From an uncultured Planctomycetaceae bacterium (GTDB lineage: Bacteria; Planctomycetota; Planctomycetia; Planctomycetales; Planctomycetaceae): a stretch of 64,000 bases of DNA. Location of the stretch: positions 62,001 through 126,000 of the forward strand of contig CAXBME010000021.1 in assembly GCA_963976765.1 (NCBI GenBank), in the 5' to 3' direction. Positions 9,544 to 18,165 of the stretch are shown piece by piece (position 1 is the first letter of the stretch; each line of letters begins with the position of its first letter). Made by a program: the position numbers and the translations under genes. Under the pieces are notes generated by a model. That model was given only the letters and a program-made list of their open reading frames with translations. It was not told the origin of the DNA and made no database searches.

Positions 9544-10479
9544 ATGGATAGCGTTCTGATTATTGGCGTTGAAGGCGCAGTCGGGGCTGGGCTGGCATCA
9601 GTCCTTCAGCAGGGGCACCAGGTCGTCGGACTCACAAACCGGACAGGCATTAACATCGCCGGCTGTCGTACGGTTGACGTCAAAAGCCACGCCCCTGCAA
9701 GTATTCAACAGCACATTCAGGCAGAACGACCAGACTGGATCATTTTCTGCGGCGCTGCTTCCAGGTCATCCTGGAATTGCGATGCGGTCCACAACGCCGC
9801 CATCAACGATTCACACGCCATCGAGTGGGCCAGAGCCGCAGCGACCAGCGACATTGAATTCTGCATGATCTCATCCGATGCGGTATTCACCGGCCCCTGG
9901 ATGCTTCACAAGGAAGATGACGAACACTGCTGCGAGACTCCTCAAGCAGAGCATCTCCGTCAAATTGAATCGGCGGTCCTTGATGCCCATGACAACGCTC
10001 TCATCGTAAGAACAAACGCGTTCGGCTGGAGCCCTGATGCAGAGTCTCCCGAATTCGCTGAAACAATGCTGGAAAGTCTCGACGGCGGCCTGCCACTCGA
10101 ACTTGACTTCCTGCGATACTCGTCGCCAATCCTCACCACCGATCTGGGCATGATGCTGCTGAAGGCTCACGCCGAGCAGCTTCGAGGCGTGCTGCACATT
10201 TCCAGCTCTGAGCGAATCAATCCGTTTCAGTTTGCGGAACGGCTGGCAGAATTTGCAGACCTCAGCCGCCCCGACTTCCCTGAGCAGACAATCCTCGAAA
10301 CTCCCATCACGGGCTTCGGGAAGGGCGAAACAACACTTGATTGCAGCCTGGCAGCAGAACTGCTCGGCGTCCGAATGCCGTTGATCGATGACGGCATCGG
10401 CCAGTTTATTCGGCAGGCGGAAGACGGCCTGCTCGACACTCTGAGAAGCAGCCGGACTCAGGTCAGTCGCGCGGCTTAA
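9544..10479 (+). CDS. RmlD-like (dTDP-4-dehydrorhamnose reductase family) NAD(P)-binding protein, atypical
   Basis: Rossmann motif VLIIGVEGAVG, plus RPDWIIFCGA, ISSDAVFTG, LIVRT, GVLHISS. RBS GGGAGG precedes ATG 9544. Confidence 0.78.
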   Translation: MDSVLIIGVEGAVGAGLASVLQQGHQVVGLTNRTGINIAGCRTVDVKSHAPASIQQHIQAERPDWIIFCGAASRSSWNCDAVHNAAINDSHAIEWARAAATSDIEFCMISSDAVFTGPWMLHKEDDEHCCETPQAEHLRQIESAVLDAHDNALIVRTNAFGWSPDAESPEFAETMLESLDGGLPLELDFLRYSSPILTTDLGMMLLKAHAEQLRGVLHISSSERINPFQFAERLAEFADLSRPDFPEQTILETPITGFGKGETTLDCSLAAELLGVRMPLIDDGIGQFIRQAEDGLLDTLRSSRTQVSRAA

Positions 10480-10510
10480 CAAACAATCCACATCATAAAC
10501 CGGTCAACGA

Positions 10511-10549
10511 AAAACAGGTTCGATGCCATTGCGGCTTCGAACCTGTTTT
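10511..10549. terminator. Bidirectional intrinsic terminator
   Basis: AAAACAGGTTCGA...TCGAACCTGTTTT between the convergent SDR and cpaE genes. Confidence 0.8.
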
Positions 10550-10576
10550 CGTCTGATGACTTACTGACGAAGTTCG

Positions 10577-11791
10577 CTATTTCGATCCGCCAAAAATGCT
10601 GAACAGGCTCTTGCGACCGGCTTTGCTGTCGTCTGCGGCCGGCGTCACATTCCCGCCGCTGGCATCCAGCGCGTTGGCCAGACGTTCAATCTCGCGAGTA
10701 AGTTTTGCTTTCGGTGCATAAGTCAGCAGAGGGACTCCGTTGTTGCGAGACTCGACCATCGTCGCGTAGTCGTTAGGAACCTGCCAGAACACATCACGAC
10801 CGATCGTTTCCAAGGCTTTGTTCAAGCTGATCTGCGTGTCCTGCAGACCGAGCCGGTTGACCACCACTTTGACTTTGTCAGCCAGCGCGTCGTGCTGATC
10901 ATAGAACTGCAACAGTCGGACGACATTTCTCAGACAAGGCAGGTCGAGCTGTGTGCACAGTAGAATGGAATCCGAAGCTTCCATTGCGGCAATATCAAGC
11001 GGCGTATAACTCTTGCTGATGTCGATGACCAGGTGGGTAAACGTCGCTCGAAGCAACGCGATGACTCGGCGCAGTTCGTCGGGAGAGAACGAAGGACTTA
11101 GATCCATGTGGACAGGCCGTGGCAGCAGAAACGCGCCACAATCATGCTTCGTTAATGACCGTTTCAACAGGGCGTAGTCCAGGCGACCGATGTTCTCCGC
11201 AACATCCTGAATGGTGTAATCCGGAATGATATCCAGCCAGACATCAGCGTCACCAAGTGCCAGATCGAGATCGATGATAGCGACGTTGTTTCGCTGATCC
11301 TGTGCAAGTACGCAGGCCAGATTGATCGCCAGCGACGTACAACCAACGCCGCCGCCCACACCCGAAACCGTGATAACCTGGCTGACCTTGTTTGGGGCGT
11401 CGCCTTTACGTCCTCCCGATGAAAGCTGAATTCGATCCAGCGCGGCCAGGAAATCTTCCAGGTTCAGCGGGTAGTTCAGAAATTCCTTCGCCCCGTTTCT
11501 CATGGCTTTAAGAATCAGGCTACCTTCCTGAGAAGTGCTGACCACAAGCATGTTGCAGGCCGGCAGCTCCTGTGACACTCGCCCGATCAGTTCCAGTCCT
11601 TTGTCCGGATCGGCGTCGAGCGAGACCAGAGCGATGTCCGGCTGAGTCTGCATCGCCACGTCGGCAAAATATTCGTAATTTGAGCATTCGGCTTCGAGCC
11701 ACACAGAATCGATGCCCAACAGAAGATTCTTCAACGTGGCGCGGCTGGAATCCGTTGGATCGACAATGGCTATTCGGATGACGTTTTTCAT
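10577..11791 (-). CDS. cpaE: Flp/Tad pilus assembly protein CpaE/TadZ (receiver-like plus ParA/MinD-like domain)
   Basis: N-terminal receiver-like domain (KAMRNGAKEFL), degenerate Walker A GVGGGVGCTSLAINLA, IIDLDL, VVVNR, NNGVPL. Lies downstream of cpaC. Confidence 0.88.
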   Translation of the reverse strand: MKNVIRIAIVDPTDSSRATLKNLLLGIDSVWLEAECSNYEYFADVAMQTQPDIALVSLDADPDKGLELIGRVSQELPACNMLVVSTSQEGSLILKAMRNGAKEFLNYPLNLEDFLAALDRIQLSSGGRKGDAPNKVSQVITVSGVGGGVGCTSLAINLACVLAQDQRNNVAIIDLDLALGDADVWLDIIPDYTIQDVAENIGRLDYALLKRSLTKHDCGAFLLPRPVHMDLSPSFSPDELRRVIALLRATFTHLVIDISKSYTPLDIAAMEASDSILLCTQLDLPCLRNVVRLLQFYDQHDALADKVKVVVNRLGLQDTQISLNKALETIGRDVFWQVPNDYATMVESRNNGVPLLTYAPKAKLTREIERLANALDASGGNVTPAADDSKAGRKSLFSIFGGSK

Positions 11792-11931
11792 CTTCGCAGA
11801 TTCACTTCCGAAATATTTTCAGGCAACACGTTCGATCAGAAAACGTCTCTGGTAACGTCGCGCTGCTCTGAATACGACGGGTGCTAACAATCCAATGAAG
11901 CAGGTAAGTGTCGTGTCGCATTTCGATACGG

Positions 11932-13737
11932 CTACGGTTCGATCAATCCGGGAAGTTGTGTCGTTCCGGTCGTCGACGAAGTAACAGGACGGCGCGATCC
12001 AGTTGTTCCCTGCGTCGCGACAGACGGCCGCACGTAACCGACTGGCCGAGCACCGCCGTCAGCTCCGGCTGCCGGGATGCGCGATGCTGTCTGACTGTTC
12101 GTTGAAGGTTCAATGAATCCGTTACGATCGGCGTTACCACTCCTTGCACTCATTAACTCTTTAAGACTTCGCTGAGAATCAGCCTGTGAGAGTGGAACGG
12201 TTTGCTCTTGAATCGGGATGGCAAACGGCTTGCTGACAACTCCGGGACCGCCAAGAGCAGCCTGGCACCCCGATGCACAAGCACCGTACTGCCCACAACC
12301 GAAGCAGGCATCACCGTAGTTGGGCACCTCGATGTAACCATCAAAGTATAATTCACGATCTGTTGGAAATGTCGTGAACGTTCCTGGTCCGCCGATCGGA
12401 ACCTGATTAGAAGCCATCGGCGCCACCAGTTCGGGCGTGACCAGAATGACCAGCTCAGTTTCCACATCGTCGTACTGCATCTTGCGGAACAACGCTCCCA
12501 CCCAGGGCAGTTCACCGAGGAAGGGAATCTTGGCAGTCTCCGCATTCTGCCTTGACGACAAAAGGCCAGCCAGCATCAGTGTCTGACCAAACCCGAGTTC
12601 AGCCTGAGTGTTCACTCGGCGTGTCGTCAGTGCAGGAATTGTTGTTCCCTGCAGAGTTGTCGCGTTGGCAAAGTCCCGCTCGGTAACTTCAGGCATGACT
12701 TCCAGTCGGACCATTCCATTTCCAAGGATGACCGGAACAGCTTCCATCCGCACACCGAATTCCCGCCACTCGATACTTACCGTTCCCAACGACTGAGGCA
12801 CAAGCACGGGAAACTCACCACCGGACAGCAAAGTGGCCGGTCGACCGTTCATCGCCAGCAATGACGGTTCAGACAACACTTTCAGCAGCTTTTCTTCTTT
12901 CAATGCATCAATGAATCCGAAAAACGCATCTCCGCCACTCACAAGACCAAAGGCTGTGGTCGCCGTGTGCGTAATGGCCCCCATGTCATCAACATTGAAA
13001 AGCTGGGCTGGACTATTCGACAGAGAGCCGCCGCTGGCGGAGTTATTGATAAAGTCAATACCCAGCTTACGAAGTTTCGTCCGCTGGACTTCCATGATTT
13101 TGACTTTGAGCATCACCTGCTGAACGCCGCCGACGCGCATCTGATTCAGAACTCGTGGGTAGAACTGTTCGGCGATCTCCATGATCTGAGTGATGTGCTC
13201 AGGCTGGCTGACCCACCCAGTCAAAGCAACCGAGTCCTGAACTCGGTACGCTTCCACCGCTGAGTCCGGAAACCGATTGTCCAGGACGGCCTGAAGATGC
13301 CGAGCGTCGCCTTTGATAAAGACGTTAACCACGTACGAGTTGTCATCCTCGTCCATCAGCACAAGATTCGTCACCCCCTGAGTCAATGCTTGAACTCGCA
13401 CGCGGTAGGGCGTCAGCGCTTTAACATCGAGCACGTCTGGATCAAAACCGTCGACGCGCGTGATCTTTCGATCCAGCTCCAGCACCTTCGAAAGCCGTTC
13501 GACAATCTCGACTTCGCTGCGGCTGCCGACAACTTTGAAAACCGGATCCAGTGCGGCAGCTCGCGCAAGTTCTCGCGCAGTGGGTACAGCCGTCGGAGTC
13601 GCTGCCGGATCTGGCAGACCGGGAGGTGAATTCGGTGGCCCGTTCTGAGCGCAGACGGTCGACAAGCAGGCTCCTGCAACGCCGGCAGTTAATGCCAGCG
13701 TCAGAAGTCGTCGCCGAATTGTGATATTAGACGGCAT
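11932..13737 (-). CDS. cpaC: Flp/Tad pilus secretin CpaC/RcpA
   Basis: Signal peptide; GVTNLVL; QQVMLKVKIMEV; SEPSLLAMNGRPATLLSGGEFP; KIPFLGELPWVGALF; ELVILVTP. Confidence 0.92.
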   Translation of the reverse strand: MPSNITIRRRLLTLALTAGVAGACLSTVCAQNGPPNSPPGLPDPAATPTAVPTARELARAAALDPVFKVVGSRSEVEIVERLSKVLELDRKITRVDGFDPDVLDVKALTPYRVRVQALTQGVTNLVLMDEDDNSYVVNVFIKGDARHLQAVLDNRFPDSAVEAYRVQDSVALTGWVSQPEHITQIMEIAEQFYPRVLNQMRVGGVQQVMLKVKIMEVQRTKLRKLGIDFINNSASGGSLSNSPAQLFNVDDMGAITHTATTAFGLVSGGDAFFGFIDALKEEKLLKVLSEPSLLAMNGRPATLLSGGEFPVLVPQSLGTVSIEWREFGVRMEAVPVILGNGMVRLEVMPEVTERDFANATTLQGTTIPALTTRRVNTQAELGFGQTLMLAGLLSSRQNAETAKIPFLGELPWVGALFRKMQYDDVETELVILVTPELVAPMASNQVPIGGPGTFTTFPTDRELYFDGYIEVPNYGDACFGCGQYGACASGCQAALGGPGVVSKPFAIPIQEQTVPLSQADSQRSLKELMSARSGNADRNGFIEPSTNSQTASRIPAAGADGGARPVGYVRPSVATQGTTGSRRPVTSSTTGTTQLPGLIEP

Positions 13738-13972
13738 CCATGCACCTCACTGAGTCCGCATCCATCGCAGACCTCGGCTGATTTTATCTGACAGCGATGT
13801 TCACTCAGTTTGAGCAACCATCGAAGCAGACCGAACGCAGGCAACGCGACCGACTGGCCGAATTACCTTTGTCCGCTGATCGTTCTCCCGCATGTTGTGA
13901 ACATTTCGGGAAGCATCCTGAGTCTCTCAACCCCAACTAATCACTGTTCCGTTTCCGTCGAAAATAGCAGGC

Positions 13973-15172
13973 TTAGTCACCTGTTTTCAGTTCCGCCGGG
14001 ACGGGAATCGAATCTTCGACATTCAGATCATTCTCGAACGCCGACAATGTTTCCGGTTGTTCGCCTTCATGATTCTCAGCTTTGCCCTTGTCCTTCTTTG
14101 CTTCATTACCGAACAGAGCCTTCAGCCCTTTGAGCAGCGGATTCCCACCTGACTCGTCGACTGCTTCTGTAACTTTTTTCGGTTCGACAACCGGCCATTC
14201 CGATTTCGGAATCTGCACTTCTTCGACGCGTTTGATGTCTCCCGCGAAAATTTCAATCGTCCATTTTGAATCGAAGGTCTCAACCTCAGGCTCGGCCAGC
14301 GGAACTGTCAAAGGTGCAATCGTCACTGGTGCGACTGGCACAGGTGCCGGAAGCGGCTCGGGTTGACTGTTGGCATCCAGAAACTGTTCCAGGTCGTCGT
14401 CGTTAGTTTGTGGTTCGTCCTCTTCTGCAAATTCTCCGCCTTCTTCCTCATCGTCTGAACCAAGGAAGTCGGACATGTCTGTTGGCTTAAATCTGTCTTT
14501 GTCGTGAACTCGCGGTTCTGAGTCCGTCTTTGACCGCATCGTCAGGTGGAGCTTTCCGATGTCTTCAGCGAGCTTCAGCAGCATTGACTGATCACGATCG
14601 ACCAGCAGAGTACAGGTTTTCGCAGCAGCCTCTCCCTTGGACGTTTGAATTTCCCGACGCTGATCGACTGAGAAGACTTCGACAAACTCCAGAACTGTCT
14701 TGATCACTTTGCCGCCGCCGTACTGCCCTCGCATGGTGAAAGTCACCAGAATGTCGACTCGGTCACCCGGCAACAGCAGACCACTGCTTGTCATCGCCGG
14801 GTCAACCAGAATCGTGCAGGCAACCATGCCTTTGGGAATGTCCTGCGACGCCGCGTGATCTCCTTTTCCGCTTAACTTATCGAGCGTGACGAAGTCTCCG
14901 GGAAATGCCCGAACGCGACTCGCTCGTTCTTCGAATTGTTCAGGAACAGTGACGACGTTCTCCGGGACCACCGAAATCGGGTAATCACGGAACTCGACGT
15001 TCTCTTTGCTGAGCAGTGTTCCCGGTGTAATTTCCGCCGTCACGACAAGGACTGAGACCTTCTCGTCAACGACTTCTCCCGAGTTCCCTTTGGTCGCCTG
15101 TTGAAACAGGAACATGGCCACAAGGCCGCACCCACTGGCCAGAGCCAGCAACAACATTGGCTTGAGTCTCAT
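13973..15172 (-). CDS. cpaB: Flp pilus assembly protein CpaB/RcpC
   Basis: N-terminal TM, SAF-like VLVVTAEITPG, GLLLPGDRVDIL, KTVLEFVEVFSVDQ; acidic C-terminal tail. Confidence 0.9.
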   Translation of the reverse strand: MRLKPMLLLALASGCGLVAMFLFQQATKGNSGEVVDEKVSVLVVTAEITPGTLLSKENVEFRDYPISVVPENVVTVPEQFEERASRVRAFPGDFVTLDKLSGKGDHAASQDIPKGMVACTILVDPAMTSSGLLLPGDRVDILVTFTMRGQYGGGKVIKTVLEFVEVFSVDQRREIQTSKGEAAAKTCTLLVDRDQSMLLKLAEDIGKLHLTMRSKTDSEPRVHDKDRFKPTDMSDFLGSDDEEEGGEFAEEDEPQTNDDDLEQFLDANSQPEPLPAPVPVAPVTIAPLTVPLAEPEVETFDSKWTIEIFAGDIKRVEEVQIPKSEWPVVEPKKVTEAVDESGGNPLLKGLKALFGNEAKKDKGKAENHEGEQPETLSAFENDLNVEDSIPVPAELKTGD

Positions 15173-15531
15173 GACGACGAACCTTCATCAATCAGTTTGT
15201 CGGCAGCGGCGTGGTAAACTCTTCAGTTTATAACGACCGTGCCAGTTGAAACGCGGATACCGGTTGCGGGAAACCTGATGGCTACCCAGCTTCCAGTGAT
15301 CTCCGCAGACGACTCTTGAACGGTTCTCGAGGAAATTCGCCACTTTTGCAGCAATTACTTCCCGCCGTCCCCGTCCTTTCAGGAACCAGGCGGCACGGAA
15401 TCAGGTCGGACCAGCCAATGCTGATCCGACCTGCCCGTCATCGATTGACACGCCCAATTCGTGTTCCAGTTGCCAGGCAACGTCGTGTCGCCCGGTTCAG
15501 GCCGTGACCGAGATCAGGCCCAGGCATCAGC

Positions 15532-16104
15532 TCATCCGATGAGCATGCCTTCGTATAGGAAGTAGCCGATCGACCCGATGCAGATTGGAATGCCGTACGG
15601 CAGAAGATGCATGGTTGGCTTTCGCTCAGCAGCATTCGCAGCCAGTTCGCGAGGATTTCGGATGGTCAACCACTCGTTGATGATCACGTGAAAGTTGGCG
15701 TAGTTGTCTGCAAAGTTGCCGCGTTTCCACATCATGTAGACGCCCATGACAGCTCCGACGAAAACCGAAACGCAGAATGCTTCCCACGTTTGATTTGCGC
15801 TGGCGAGCCACGCACCCATGCCGGCCATCAGTTTCACATCGCCCGCTCCCATCCCACCGACCGCATAAATTGGCAGCAGACAGAGCAGTCCCATGCCCAT
15901 TCCGGCCAGAGAGCCACAAAAGCCACCTTCGGCCCATTCACCCATCCCACCGGAGTAAGCGTGCCACGCCAGCCCAGTCAGGGCCATCGGGAACGTAATC
16001 CAGTTGGGGACTCTTAATTCTTTACCGTCAATCCAGGCTGCCACAATCAGAGTGATCGCAACCAGCTTGACTTCCCAGTTTTCGAGAAGGCTTTGCCATT
16101 CCAT
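15532..16104 (-). CDS. cpaA: Prepilin peptidase CpaA/TadV (A24)
   Basis: Motifs AAWIDGKELRVPNW, GMGAGDVKLMA, LPYGIPI. Confidence 0.92.
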   Translation of the reverse strand: MEWQSLLENWEVKLVAITLIVAAWIDGKELRVPNWITFPMALTGLAWHAYSGGMGEWAEGGFCGSLAGMGMGLLCLLPIYAVGGMGAGDVKLMAGMGAWLASANQTWEAFCVSVFVGAVMGVYMMWKRGNFADNYANFHVIINEWLTIRNPRELAANAAERKPTMHLLPYGIPICIGSIGYFLYEGMLIG

Positions 16105-16303
16105 GTCTGCTCGAACCTTTCATTACGTTCTGAAAGTTATCCGTTTCGTTCTGCCGAGCTCACGATTCATTCGTGGCTGGATGGCAAAAAACTACCGCGG
16201 AACCTCGCAGAACAAGCACCAAACTTGAGGGGTTAATCTGGTCCACAGCGACCAGCGACTGACTCGTTGCAAGCATTGCAACTTGCGGTCTTGTTGGAAC
16301 AAC

Positions 16304-16330
16304 TCTAGTTCGCGTTTCGCAACGGTGCGG
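16304..16330 (-). promoter_or_regulatory. Conserved 27-bp promoter-like motif, copy A (upstream of cpaA)
   Basis: CCGCACCGTTGCGAAACGCGAACTAGA(GT); aligns without gaps to the copies at 16866-16892 and 17462-17488. Confidence 0.5.
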
Positions 16331-16401
16331 CGATTCTGGAGAGATTTTCCGCAAATCATGCCATTGCCGATCGCAGCCCAAACAATCACAAGCCAGCGCG
16401 C

Positions 16402-16439
16402 AAAAAAAGCCAGCCGCCCGAAATTCGGAACGACTGGCT
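16402..16439 (-). terminator. Intrinsic terminator after flp copy 1
   Basis: On + strand, A7 followed by AGCCAGCCG...CGACTGGCT, giving a hairpin plus U-tract on the minus strand. Confidence 0.75.
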
Positions 16440-16465
16440 CGTAAACCACCAGGGCAAGGCCATCC

Positions 16466-16639
16466 CTAAGAAAGGGCGTCCTTGACTTTGCTGAACTTGC
16501 CTTTGGTGTTGGTACCGACGGTGGTGACCGTACCAATACACACGACAATAATCAGAGCCATCATCACGGCGTATTCAACAGCCGTTGGACCATCTTCTGA
16601 AACGATGAATTTCTTAACGCTGTCTGCAAAGTTTTTCAT
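16466..16639 (-). CDS. flp: Flp family type IVb pilin, copy 1 (57 aa)
   Basis: MKNFADSVKKFIVSEDG|PTAVEYAVMMALIIVVC; Flp G-x-T-x-x-E-Y motif; RBS GAGGGGAG. Confidence 0.93.
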   Translation of the reverse strand: MKNFADSVKKFIVSEDGPTAVEYAVMMALIIVVCIGTVTTVGTNTKGKFSKVKDALS

Positions 16640-16644
16640 AGCTC

Positions 16645-16735
16645 CCCTCTTCTTAACTTGTCGCCCGACCAGGGCATTCCCCAGAAAAGTTCGGATGGTT
16701 GCGACAACTGCCGCAGACACCGGCCACCCAGAGCA
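16645..16735 (-). ncRNA. Candidate structured 5' leader of flp copy 1
   Basis: GGGUGG C CGGUGUC UGCGGC AGUU GUCGCA A CCAUCC ... UUUUCUGGGGAA UGCCC UGGUC GGGCG; same fold as the other two leaders. Confidence 0.55.
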
Positions 16736-16865
16736 AACGTGTTTCGCCTGTCAGAAAACGCAAATGCCAGCAACAATCTTCGAGCTTACGTTCTCACGAC
16801 TTATGATTAATCATGAGCCACTCGCTCGCCGAACGTTCCGCAATGCGTGGTGGCGATAAATGAAA

Positions 16866-16892
16866 TCTAGGACAGCTTTCGCGACGATGCGG
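16866..16892 (-). promoter_or_regulatory. Conserved 27-bp promoter-like motif, copy B
   Basis: CCGCATCGTCGCGAAAGCTGTCCTAGA(TT), about 227 nt upstream of flp copy 1. Confidence 0.5.
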
Positions 16893-16988
16893 CAAATTCG
16901 AAGAAAAATGAGGTGTTTCATTGACTCGTATTGCCGATGTCGTCGAGCTACGCGAAGAGAATTCCCGACCAGCCCAGCGTCAGCGCAT

Positions 16989-17026
16989 AAAAAAAGCCAG
17001 CCGACCGTTTCCGGAATCGACTGGCT
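16989..17026 (-). terminator. Intrinsic terminator after flp copy 2
   Basis: On + strand, A7 followed by GCCAGCCGA...TCGACTGGC. Confidence 0.75.
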
Positions 17027-17052
17027 CGTGAACTTCGCGGTTCAGACTCACC

Positions 17053-17226
17053 TTAGGAAAGGGCAGTCTTCACCGATTCGAACTTGGCCTTGGCGTTGGT
17101 ACCAACGGTGGTAACCGTACCGATACACACGACGATGATCAGAGCCATCATCACGGCGTACTCAACAGCGGTTGGGCCGTCTTCTGAAACGATAAACTTT
17201 TTGACGCTGTCTGCAAATTTCTTCAT
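17053..17226 (-). CDS. flp: Flp family type IVb pilin, copy 2 (57 aa)
   Basis: MKKFADSVKKFIVSEDG|PTAVEY...TNAKAKFESVKTALS; RBS AGAGG. Confidence 0.93.
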   Translation of the reverse strand: MKKFADSVKKFIVSEDGPTAVEYAVMMALIIVVCIGTVTTVGTNAKAKFESVKTALS

Positions 17227-17231
17227 GGCTA

Positions 17232-17320
17232 ACCTCTTCTTAACTTGTCGCCCGATCAGGGCGTTCCCCAGGAAAGTTCGAACGGCTGTGACAACTGCCA
17301 CCGACACCGACCGCTCGAAC
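17232..17320 (-). ncRNA. Candidate structured 5' leader of flp copy 2
   Basis: GUUCGAGCGGU CGGUGUC G GUGGC AGUU GUCAC A GCCGUUCGAAC UUUCCUGGGGAA CGCCC UGAUC GGGCG. Confidence 0.55.
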
Positions 17321-17461
17321 ACACGTGTTCTGCATATCTGTAATGCTGCGAGATTCAGCCACGCTGCTTAAATCAAACCGTAGCTGGCTTTCTTCGCTGC
17401 TCACGCTTTAGCCGCAAGTCACTCACTGAATGTTGCGTAACCCGCGTTGGCGATGATTGAA

Positions 17462-17488
17462 TCTAGGTCGCCTTTTGGCGCGATGCGG
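17462..17488 (-). promoter_or_regulatory. Conserved 27-bp promoter-like motif, copy C
   Basis: CCGCATCGCGCCAAAAGGCGACCTAGA(TT), about 236 nt upstream of flp copy 2. Confidence 0.5.
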
Positions 17489-17546
17489 GTGATTTTGGAA
17501 AAATTACCGCAACTCGTCGACTCGCTGATTCCCGGACATCGAACGC

Positions 17547-17582
17547 AAAAAGCCAGTCGCCCGAAACTCGAAACGACTGGCT
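17547..17582 (-). terminator. Intrinsic terminator after flp copy 3
   Basis: On + strand, an A-run followed by AGCCAGTCG...CGACTGGCT (perfect 9-bp stem). Confidence 0.78.
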
Positions 17583-17608
17583 CTTGAACCCGAAAGGCAA
17601 AGCTATCC

Positions 17609-17782
17609 TTAAGAAAGGGCATCCTTGACCTTGCTGAACTTGGTGTTGGCGTTGGTACCGACGGTCGTGATCGTCCCGATACACACGACAATTATCAGAG
17701 CCATCATGACGGCATATTCAACAGCCGTTGGGCCATCTTCTGAAACGATAAATCTCTTAACGCTGTCTGCAAATTTCTTCAT
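17609..17782 (-). CDS. flp: Flp family type IVb pilin, copy 3 (57 aa)
   Basis: MKKFADSVKRFIVSEDG|PTAVEY...TNANTKFSKVKDALS. Confidence 0.93.
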   Translation of the reverse strand: MKKFADSVKRFIVSEDGPTAVEYAVMMALIIVVCIGTITTVGTNANTKFSKVKDALS

Positions 17783-17789
17783 CGTAATC

Positions 17790-17872
17790 CCCATTCTCTT
17801 GCTAGCGCCTGAACCAGGCGTCCCCGAAAAACTGAATGGCTGTGGCAGGAACCACAAGCACCGACCATTCAA
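17790..17872 (-). ncRNA. Candidate structured 5' leader of flp copy 3
   Basis: UGAAUGGU CGGUGCU UGUGGU UCCU GCCACA GCCAUUCA GUUUUUCGGGGA CGCCUG GUU CAGGCG. Confidence 0.55.
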
Positions 17873-18165
17873 AGTCCTCACGCAGAAATTGAACGCGACC
17901 GGACTGTGACGTAGACCTCAACTCGTCATTCACGCCGCGAGTTCCGACACCTCAACACTACACCCTGCATGTGCGTGGTCAAAACTTCGGTCAGCCGGAA
18001 ACGGAAAATTCAACGAAGCCTCGTCGGGGTAAGCCAATACTGGCGGCATACTTACAAAGGCAGGTAAGTCGACAATGTGTCGGAAAGCACACCTCGCGTG
18101 TTGACTCCGTGAAACACGGTGTTTTCGCAAGACAGCCCGGCAATATCCCAGAAACATCGCAACTG

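Noticed and set aside
15402..15433. 14-bp hairpin between cpaA and cpaB as a terminator
   Set aside because: No U-tract follows on the coding strand; at most an mRNA stability or processing hairpin.
16645..17872. Pilin leaders as c-di-GMP-I/II riboswitches
   Set aside because: I saw no GEMM-type GNRA tetraloop/receptor or GCAAA-type core, and no class II kink-turn/pseudoknot signature.
16640..17881. N-terminally extended pilin ORFs (starts 16720, 17322, 17881 in the ORF track)
   Set aside because: RBS-like sequences precede the MKxF ATGs, 57 aa is a typical Flp length, and the extension peptide is not conserved in copy 3.
16400..17900. Pilin repeat region as a CRISPR array or DGR-like cassette
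   Set aside because: The repeats are ~570-bp gene duplications. There is no repeat-spacer periodicity and no cas or reverse transcriptase gene.
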